This document shows, piece by piece, positions 21,164 to 32,000 of a stretch of DNA of 32,000 bases. The position numbers and the translations under genes were made by a program. Each line of letters begins with the position of its first letter. Position 1 is the first letter of the stretch. The notes under the pieces were generated by a model, which did no database searches, was not told where the DNA came from, and saw only the letters and a program-made list of their open reading frames with translations. The stretch spans positions 60,001 to 92,000 of the forward strand of contig ACYB01000007.1 in the NCBI GenBank assembly GCA_000175855.1. Direction: 5' to 3'. Source of the stretch: Raphidiopsis brookii D9. GTDB lineage: Bacteria > Cyanobacteriota > Cyanobacteriia > Cyanobacteriales > Nostocaceae.

Positions 21164-23064
21164 AGAGGAAAAATTTGCAGTTTATTTTGTAATGTTTCTA
21201 AATACCTCTTGCGGGGATTTTCAGTTGCACCAAAGACTGTCACTACTTGGTAATCACCTAAATTTGTAATCCATACTGGGGAAGGAATAACTCTATTACC
21301 TTGAGTTCTACCACAAAGATTACCGTCATATTTATTATTAAATTTTAGCTGATCACTATGTAAAACTGATAGGGCATAAGATTTACCGAATTTTTCATCT
21401 CCAGAACATACAAAGATGCGACAATTTGTGTCTATTGCTTCTGTCCATTGGTCATTTCTAACTATTCCACAAATTCTTAATTGTCGAGAATTAAAATTAA
21501 CACCTAACGTTTGTAATGCTTCATAAAAATTCCTGATTTTCGTTCTGAATAATTCTTGAAATTGTCTAGTATTATCTGGTAAGTTCCAAAAATTATCATC
21601 ACTTTCAGCAATTAAATTACAGCCACGATCCCAAGGAGGACGGGGAGAATTACGATCTCGTCGAGAATATAATGGTCTTCTTGCACCTTGACCTATACCA
21701 CCCAAATGAAACATTAACCAGGTGAGATTTTTGATTAATTTCTCTAAGTTCTCTTTTTGAGACTGAGGAATTTCCGGTGAATAGTTTAATGTTAGGATAC
21801 CTTCTTGCTCACCACATTCATCATTATTTCTTTGGGCTTCTTTTTGATTAATCTTTCCTTCTAAAACTCTGACCATTAACCAGCCATATTGTTTACTAGG
21901 GTTAATACCACCAAATATTTGATTTTCCCATTCTTGAACTTGACCAGTTTCTAAAACCCCCAATGCAAAACTTCTGAACCAATAGCGTAACATTGATTTA
22001 AAGGCAACTGGGCGAACTTCAGGAGTATTTATTGTATCGGGTCTTAAACTTCCATTATTATTTCTTTTGTAAGGTTGGTTAACATTTCTAAACCTCTGTC
22101 TACCATGAATTAACTGACCTTCTATAATAAATTTAACTCTAAAAAATTCATTGTTATTTTCAAGTTTCCCTGCGGGATTTAATTGACCATAACCAGTGTT
22201 TACTTGAGAACCAACACCAGCTTGTAACCCTTTTATTAACCACTGTTTGACCTGTTCTAATATTTCCTTATCCTGACAATTACTAGCTAACCTTAACCCT
22301 ATGGTAAACATGGGTTTTTCTAAACTTAAAAATGGGTTAGGATTGGGGCTATATTTAGGTGTATTATTATCCCACTGCCAAATATTATTAGCCATATCAA
22401 CAGCTAATACATTTTGTTTTTGGTTTGGTAAAGGATAAGCGTCTAAAAATACAACTTTACCCGCTTGATCTTTTTTATTATTAGTTTCTACAGAACCAAA
22501 ATAGAAGGCAATTTGTTTCTCCGCTTCTTGCCATTCAATGTTGTTTTTAGCCATGATTTCCCGGATGGCTTGGGTTCTGGCTACACCCCGTAAGCTGCTA
22601 GAGGGAATATAAGGAATACCTAAAGCATCAAAAGCGGGTAATAAAATACTTTCTGGTCCTCTATGTCCACCTACTCTAATTCTCCAAGGACATTGAACTT
22701 TAAAACTTTTTTGGGCTATTAATTCAGTACGTTCTGTTAGTTGTTGTAATCGCTGGTAATATTTTGACCCCTGTTCGGCCATTTGTAATATTTGTACTTT
22801 AGTGGGGTCCTTATAATCATGATTGGGCGATGCAGTTCGCATCCAACGCAAATACTCTACAAAACTAGCATCTGTATGTGGTTTAGGTTCATTGTCTGCA
22901 TCTAACCAGGGAGACGGAATAGCAGGTTGATTACCGCCGTTACCACCGTTATTATTTCCTCCATTGCCACGATTACCGCCACCACGACCACCTCTATTAT
23001 CATTAGCTGGAGGATTATTTATATTAGGTCTTTCAAATACCATAATCTCATTCTCCTTTAACAT
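21160..23064 (-). CDS. cmr6-cmr1: Type III-B RAMP protein, Cmr6-like domain followed by Cmr1-like domain, with Gly/Asn/Arg-rich N-terminal tail
   Basis: The N-half has IPYIPSSSLRGVARTQAIREI, GKVVFLDAYP, GLQAGVGSQVNTGYGQL (Cas7/Cmr6 features). The C-half restarts with FIIEGQLIHGRQR...EVRPVAFKSMLRYWFRSFALG...ENQIFGG...YGWLMVRV and LGGIGQGARRPL (Cmr1 features). The alternative start is MVFERPN at 23043. Confidence 0.8.
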   Translation of the reverse strand: MLKENEIMVFERPNINNPPANDNRGGRGGGNRGNGGNNNGGNGGNQPAIPSPWLDADNEPKPHTDASFVEYLRWMRTASPNHDYKDPTKVQILQMAEQGSKYYQRLQQLTERTELIAQKSFKVQCPWRIRVGGHRGPESILLPAFDALGIPYIPSSSLRGVARTQAIREIMAKNNIEWQEAEKQIAFYFGSVETNNKKDQAGKVVFLDAYPLPNQKQNVLAVDMANNIWQWDNNTPKYSPNPNPFLSLEKPMFTIGLRLASNCQDKEILEQVKQWLIKGLQAGVGSQVNTGYGQLNPAGKLENNNEFFRVKFIIEGQLIHGRQRFRNVNQPYKRNNNGSLRPDTINTPEVRPVAFKSMLRYWFRSFALGVLETGQVQEWENQIFGGINPSKQYGWLMVRVLEGKINQKEAQRNNDECGEQEGILTLNYSPEIPQSQKENLEKLIKNLTWLMFHLGGIGQGARRPLYSRRDRNSPRPPWDRGCNLIAESDDNFWNLPDNTRQFQELFRTKIRNFYEALQTLGVNFNSRQLRICGIVRNDQWTEAIDTNCRIFVCSGDEKFGKSYALSVLHSDQLKFNNKYDGNLCGRTQGNRVIPSPVWITNLGDYQVVTVFGATENPRKRYLETLQNKLQIFPL

Positions 23065-23443
23065 CTGCGTAAATTGCTGTTGCCCAAAAACTAAATTCCT
23101 GCGCTAAAGCTAATCCCAAACCTGTTAAACCTAAATAATCATCTGTACTCACATTCTTTAAAGTTTCTAAACCCTGTTGTCCAGATAAATTCTGTCTTCC
23201 TGAAATAGTTTGTAAACATTCAAAGAATTTTTGTACTACTTGTTTTTTGCCCATCATTCCATCAGGTAATGCCATTTCTTCAGCTTTTAATCGCATTATT
23301 CCCCAAGTGGAAAGATAGGTATATAGTTCCACTGCTTGACTTTTTTGTTGTTTTAAACGAGTGTCATCTTGATTGGGTAAATTACGCAAAGTATTCAAAG
23401 CATCATAAATTGGTGTAGCAATTGTTCTAGGGTCAAATGTCAT
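23048..23443 (-). CDS. cmr5: Type III-B Cmr5 small subunit
   Basis: 131-aa mostly helical protein between cmr4 and cmr6. AVELYTYLSTWGIMRLKAEEMAL and DYLGLTGLGLALAQEFSFWATAIY resemble Cmr5. Confidence 0.82.
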   Translation of the reverse strand: MTFDPRTIATPIYDALNTLRNLPNQDDTRLKQQKSQAVELYTYLSTWGIMRLKAEEMALPDGMMGKKQVVQKFFECLQTISGRQNLSGQQGLETLKNVSTDDYLGLTGLGLALAQEFSFWATAIYADVKGE

Positions 23444-23445
23444 AA

Positions 23446-24242
23446 TTAATCCTTATTTTGTATCCATTGTTGAACAAAACCGCGTCCTAAACTTTCTTGT
23501 CCTCCTATTTGTAATATTTCCTTATCTGCTAACAAATTTTTAAAATCTTCTTGATAAGATTGTTCAGATTCTTTATTAGCTTGTGATGTGATTCCCCAAG
23601 GTAAATACATTAATGTATCCGGTGGAATTGCTTCTTCATAACGGAAACCACCATCTACTGATTTATGGTCATCAAGTTTAATTTTTACTTGTCTCCATAA
23701 ACTCATTTGAATTAATGTGGCACAATGTTTATCTGGTAATACTAATAACCGATTTAGAGAAACAGTGCTATCATGTTTTGGTACAAATTGTTGTAAATTA
23801 TTTCCTGGTTGTAATTGTTTTGCTCTAATAATTGCATCTTTTAGATAAACCGCAGCATTATTATTAAAGTTACAACTATATTCTGAAGGTATTGGTGTTG
23901 GTGATTCATCACCTTGTAAACGTTGCCAACGTTGTAATAAAAGAGGACAACTTACCCAAACTACACTATGACTTAATGACGGTACTGGCAACCATAATAT
24001 AGAAGCATCCCCAATCCAAATATTACCCTGTTTTAATTGTTGAGCATCTTTTAAGTCGTTGCCAAATAGTTCATCTTTTAGGTTTTGATCTGTAGCTAAT
24101 GAACGCAATTTACCTCGCACTGTACTAGACGGAACATAGGGTAAATTAGTATGTGATTCACGGGCAATTCCTAATAAGTTACCCTCTTGAGTTGTGCCAC
24201 CTGTATGTAATGGTGAAAGTAGATATAAATAGATGTATTCCA

Positions 24243-24243
<1 letters not shown>
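23446..24243 (-). CDS. cmr4: Type III-B RAMP protein Cmr4 (Cas7 backbone)
   Basis: MEYIYLYLLSPLHTGGTTQEGNLLGIARESHTNLPYVPSSTVRGKLRS...VWVSCPLLLQRWQRL and GGQESLGRGFVQ. Confidence 0.92.
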
Positions 24244-28370
<4,127 letters not shown>

Positions 28371-28616
28371 CAGTGATTCCCCTATCTAGCTGATGTTTGT
28401 ATTGTAATGGCGGGATTTAGTATTTGTCTATTAATTGACAATATTTAATTTTCAATATAAATCAGCTTGAAATCTTTTGTTTATAAGCCTTTGGGCTGTT
28501 TGTTTGGTTTTATCAAGAATATTTTTTATTTTTTGACATTAATTGCAAATTGTGTATTCTTATCCCGATTTGTTCATACCCAGATTTTATTAGCTTAACC
28601 GACAGAAGACAGAAAC

Positions 28617-28773
28617 CCCACATCTCACTCTTAGGAGCGTGGGATGAATGACGCGTGAGTTGACGACAGTTCCCTGACTGATGTGCGTAGCACCAAGGAA
28701 GGGAACGGAAAGGCTTTGCGTCTATATTTTGTCGTTAAAACTAGATGTACGGTCACTGACCGACCTTCCCTTC
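28617..28773. ncRNA. Candidate structured non-coding RNA or mobile-element end between cas2 and cmr2, strand uncertain
   Basis: Nested complementary segments: CCCAC/GTGGG (28617-21/28639-43), TTGACGACA/TGTCGTTAA (28660-68/28730-38, one G-U), GTTCCCT/AGGGAAC (28669-75/28700-06), GTGC/GCAC (28683-86/28690-93), CGGTC/GACCG (28750-54/28758-62), and an alternative GAAGGGAA/TTCCCTTC (28698-705/28766-73). Confidence 0.5.
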
Positions 28774-28867
28774 GAGACAAAATCATTCAAAACCAGCAAC
28801 TAAAAACCCTGAAACCCTTCATTTTCCCTGACCTTCGGCCAACGCCACACTTTAGTATCAGAAATCA

Positions 28868-29149
28868 CTAAACAATAATCGAACCCGGAGGTTCAATCAC
28901 AGGAACACCCATCCCCCAAATTTCCACCTGGGTAAGAGTATGTCTCGATAAAGGATAAAACCTAACATTATCCTCCTCCAACTTGACAATTTTCCTTAAC
29001 CGACAACGTAAATCATTGTACTTTTTCGTATTTAACTGACATTCAAACACAGAATACTGTACGCGCTGACCATATCCTTCTAATAAATCAGCTATTTTTT
29101 TACGTCTTTTATCATTAGGAATATCGTAGGAAATCACATACAAAAACAT
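28868..29149 (-). CDS. cas2: Cas2 endoribonuclease-like adaptation protein
   Basis: MFLYVISYDIPNDKRRKKIADLLEGYGQRVQYSVFECQL...RFYPLS is a classic Cas2. The ATG at 29149 is preferred over 29173. Confidence 0.95.
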   Translation of the reverse strand: MFLYVISYDIPNDKRRKKIADLLEGYGQRVQYSVFECQLNTKKYNDLRCRLRKIVKLEEDNVRFYPLSRHTLTQVEIWGMGVPVIEPPGSIIV

Positions 29150-29169
29150 AACACAAATATCAGAAAAAA

Positions 29170-30158
29170 TCAATCAATTTGATATGGTTTATAATGATGA
29201 CTAGGATTATAAACAAACTGTTTATAATTCCTAACTTGTTGAGTTAATAAATCCCACTTTGGTTGTTTTCCATCATTAGTTTGTATTTCTTCCGTCATCC
29301 TTTGTAAAAACCCCCGTAAAAACTTTTTCCTACCTGAATCGTTTAAATAACACCCCCCATTTTTAAATTGAAAATCTCCTTTAACATCCATAATATTCCG
29401 ATTAATTAACCACATTACTAACGAGTCTACCAACGGTGCGCGGAACTCCTCAATTAAATCAGAAGCTAAGGCCGCATGACCATCATTTGCCTGGTGTAAA
29501 CAAGCATAATAGGGGTCTAGTCCCTGAACTTCAATTAATGCTAAAAGATGATTCCAAAGCACTTGATACCCAAAACTTAACATCGCATTTACCGGGTTTC
29601 CCGGTGGACGACGACTACGACCAGAAAACACAAAATCAGGGTTAGTCAAACATTCACTAAAAACAGAGAAATATTGAGCAGCACCAGTACCTTCAAAACC
29701 CATTAACCGTTCCCATGTATCAGCCTGTACCGCTTGTTCTGCTAAATAATCTAAACTTTGTAATGTCCTTTCTAACGTCTCAGACTCTCTTTTTTTTCTT
29801 TGTCTCCTTAATAAAATTCTACTATTTTCAACTTACCTTTGACAATTGCTCTAGCTGTAATTAACCTGTCTACAGGGGATAATTCTTGTTGATAACGTGA
29901 TAACTGTCTATAACCCCTAGAAATTGGTAAAATTCTGCCGTAGCAGTAACCCATCCTTGATAAATAGGCAATGGGAATATCACGCCATAAACAAGCACGG
30001 ATGACTTGGGTGGTTATTTGCGATCGCCCAAAAATTAAAATCTGTTCCAACAAAGGTAACTGTACTTCAACATGTACAGTGTCACCCTGTTTAACAATCA
30101 AAGTTTCCTTTTGTAAACATACATAACAATTTTGCTCAGAAATATAAAGGGTCTGCAT
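29170..30158 (-). CDS. cas1: Cas1 adaptation endonuclease, split into two ORFs by an apparent 1-nt deletion
   Basis: The N-half (MQTLYISEQNCYVCLQKETLIVKQ...IPIAYLSRMGYCYGRILP) ends VKGKLKIVEFY*. Adding one A to the A4 run (plus-strand T4, 29825-29828) gives VKGKLKNSRILLRRQRKKRESETLERTLQSLDYLAEQAVQADTWERLMGFEGTGAAQYF, continuous with 29170..29703 (SRRPPGNPVNAMLSFGYQVLWNH, ANDGHAALASDLIEEFRAPLVDSLV). Confidence 0.93.
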
Positions 30159-30430
30159 TAACGCCACCAACGTTGTAAATTGGATTTTCGGGAACGCTGC
30201 TCACTTTCAGTACCAGATGTTAACTCTGCATTTTGCTCTAGTTCTAACCACAACACAATTCTATCCGCTATACTGCAAACTAAATAAGTAGAAAAAGTTA
30301 CCAACAAAGTATTAATAATCACAGCAGCTAACCCCAAGGGTGCAATGAGCAGAATCACCAAAGTAATACCACCATTAACAGTAGAGACAGAAACATTTCT
30401 GACAGTAGCAAAACGTCGAGAAATATACAT
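30158..30430 (-). CDS. csx18: Small Csx18-like CRISPR-associated membrane protein
   Basis: 90 aa, MYISRRFATVRNVSVSTVNGGITLVILLIAPLGLAAVIINTLLVTFSTYLVCSIADRIVLWLE, two hydrophobic segments, directly upstream of cas1 on the same strand. The family name is from memory of cyanobacterial cas1-adjacent proteins. Confidence 0.55.
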   Translation of the reverse strand: MYISRRFATVRNVSVSTVNGGITLVILLIAPLGLAAVIINTLLVTFSTYLVCSIADRIVLWLELEQNAELTSGTESEQRSRKSNLQRWWR

Positions 30431-30596
30431 AATGTGAAAAAACTTGACATAAAAGTGATGGCCTTGACTAGCATAACTTTGGAGTTACCGAAAAACCAGG
30501 AAAAGAAGATAAACTAAATTATTACTATAATTGTTTAAAAACCTATACTAGTAGTACTTACAGCCAAATTCTGAAAACTGGCTAAATATTTTCTTT

Positions 30597-31814
30597 TTGT
30601 ACATTTCATTAACAAAATTATTCTTACAATGCCAAAAAAACCTAAGTCATCCTTATACAGAACCTTTAGCATTTGAACGTTTATTACTGTTAATTGCTAC
30701 CCTACTCAAATATCCGGGTGTGGGGAGTCCAGATTTCCTAGAATTTAGTAATAATAAAAATCATGACGCAATTGGTGTCGTTAAAATATATCTACAACAA
30801 CTAGCCAAGAATTTAAATATAAAATTACCAGATAATTATCCCGCAGTGGACACATTACGTAAAGATTTAAAAACCCTTAGACGCTACGGTATCCTTGATC
30901 AAAGAATGTATCGTTGGGGATATTATTTAGGCACTGGTGCTTTGTCTATTACTGAACTTAAAGTAGCATTTAACACTTTAGCTTCCCAAGCACAATATCA
31001 AGGCGATGCCCAAACAAGACGCATTTATGAAACTTTAAGTAAAAGACTGCGGAGTTTGGATAGGGAACTCAAGGGAGAATTTTTTTATCCTATCCGTCAA
31101 CATCTGAATCGTGCCATAATTCACACAGACCCGGAAGAAATGGCAGCAAAAGGAGAAAACAGAGATACGTTATTTCATCAATTACCATTATTAGAACAGG
31201 CCATAAGTCAAGGACAAGCCATCGAAATTTCTCGTAGTAAAAGTTTCTATGGTTCTGGTAATATTGGTAGATTTCAGGTATTTCCATTACAATTAATTTA
31301 CCATGATATTGCCTGGTATTTACTGTATGAGCTCTGTGAAGGTGGACATTTAGTAATGGGGCGTATTAATCGCTTTAATAGTTATTGTTCCCTAGTTAAA
31401 ATACCAGCACGGGGAATAGAAAAACAAAGAGAAAGTTTAGCTAAAGCCTATCAACTATTGGAAAATGGTTGGGGTTTAAATTTAGGTGAACCTGAACCAC
31501 AACAGTTAGAATTAGCGGGAAATCTTAAATTTATTGAAGTTGAGGTACGTTTTTATCCTCCCATATCCAACTTTATTGTAGAAGGAGAGCGTCGTCATCC
31601 CAATCAAAAAATTGTAGTCGGAGAACCCGATAAAAACACTGGGGAATACAAATTTATAGAATATTCTATAAAATTACCGCCACGTTCTTTAAATGAATTT
31701 ATACAATGGGTTTATCGTTATATGGATAAGGCACAAATATTGTCACCACCAGAATTAATAAAACAACATCATCAGCTTGCACAAAATTTATATAATCGTT
31801 ATCAGAAGGTTTAA
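30597..31814 (+). CDS. WYL-domain transcriptional regulator, N-terminus uncertain
   Basis: 405 aa with PAVDTLRKDLKTLRRYGILDQRMYRWGYYLGTG (wHTH-like) and a WYL-like core (AIEISRSKSFYGSGNIGRFQVFPLQLIYHDIAWYLLYELCEGG...LVMGRINRF). The track start is TTG 30597. An ATG at 30630 would be in frame only if the A7 run 30634-30640 were A6. Confidence 0.8.
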   Translation: MYISLTKLFLQCQKNLSHPYTEPLAFERLLLLIATLLKYPGVGSPDFLEFSNNKNHDAIGVVKIYLQQLAKNLNIKLPDNYPAVDTLRKDLKTLRRYGILDQRMYRWGYYLGTGALSITELKVAFNTLASQAQYQGDAQTRRIYETLSKRLRSLDRELKGEFFYPIRQHLNRAIIHTDPEEMAAKGENRDTLFHQLPLLEQAISQGQAIEISRSKSFYGSGNIGRFQVFPLQLIYHDIAWYLLYELCEGGHLVMGRINRFNSYCSLVKIPARGIEKQRESLAKAYQLLENGWGLNLGEPEPQQLELAGNLKFIEVEVRFYPPISNFIVEGERRHPNQKIVVGEPDKNTGEYKFIEYSIKLPPRSLNEFIQWVYRYMDKAQILSPPELIKQHHQLAQNLYNRYQKV

Positions 31815-31896
31815 TATTAAAAACCCTAAAGAGAAATTTTCAGGGGGAAACTTCATAAGAATTTAATCATCAACTTTGTAATCGGGCGATCCTTCC

Positions 31897-31974
31897 TATC
31901 CTTGGGATGCAGCAGAGTATCTGGAAACAAAAGAAGATATTGAACATGCTATAAACAATACGTTTATATTATGA
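31897..31974 (+). pseudogene. Fragment resembling an addiction-module antitoxin N-terminus
   Basis: Plus-strand reading YPWDAAEYLETKEDIEHAINNTFIL* resembles the YPWDPAEHLETEEDMAAYLEAA-type N-terminus of HigA-like antidote proteins, then stops. Confidence 0.4.
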
Positions 31975-32000
31975 AGTCTCTTGACTCATAATAAAGTGAG

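Noticed and set aside
19858-21269. Plus-strand ORFs 19858..20052, 20975..21253, 21084..21269
   Set aside because: They are antisense to the CARF/HEPN and Cmr6-Cmr1 coding sequence and lack protein-like conservation. Other shadow ORFs in rpoB, rpoC1, rpoC2, htpG and cmr2 were dropped for the same reason.
28380-28867. CRISPR array in the cas2-cmr2 gap
   Set aside because: No regularly spaced direct repeats of 28-37 nt are present. The repeats seen are inverted pairings, plus a short AACCCTGAAACCC echo.
28683-28871. 62-aa plus-strand ORF MRSTKEGNGKALRLYF...
   Set aside because: Non-ATG start, lies over the structured inverted-repeat region and the 3' end of cas2, and has no recognisable family.

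Overview
This is a cyanobacterial chromosome window, probably from a filamentous Nostocales genus (inferred from protein resemblance and many HIP1 sites). Positions ~1-19.4 kb hold ordinary housekeeping genes: a cyanobacterial membrane protein, hslO, a small conserved hypothetical, a UspA-like gene, hisD, rpsT, tatD, rpoB-rpoC1-rpoC2, a GIY-YIG-like protein, htpG and sodB. Positions ~19.6-31.8 kb hold a compact type III-B (Cmr) CRISPR-Cas locus. On the minus strand this reads cmr2/cas10 (HD and GGDD motifs), cmr3, cmr4, cmr5, one 634-aa protein with a Cmr6-like half followed by a Cmr1-like half and a Gly/Asn/Arg-rich N-terminal tail, then a CARF-like + HEPN (RNKIIH) effector. Upstream on the same strand are a small Csx18-like membrane protein, cas1 and cas2. 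A WYL-type regulator is divergent. No cas6 and no CRISPR array are visible, which resembles the described III-B variant that uses RNase E. Between cas2 and cmr2 lies a ~160-nt segment with nested and mutually exclusive inverted pairings that looks like an unannotated structured RNA or mobile-element end. The window also has an unusual density of single-nucleotide frameshifts: the 5'-most gene, rpoC1, rpoC2, the CARF/HEPN gene, cmr2, cas1 and possibly the WYL gene. Two of these are in essential RNA polymerase genes, so assembly or sequencing indels are the leading explanation. Several ORFs in the supplied track are therefore halves of one protein, notably 19638..19943 (HEPN half), 25397..25648 (Cas10 C-terminus) and 29170..29703 (Cas1 C-terminus).
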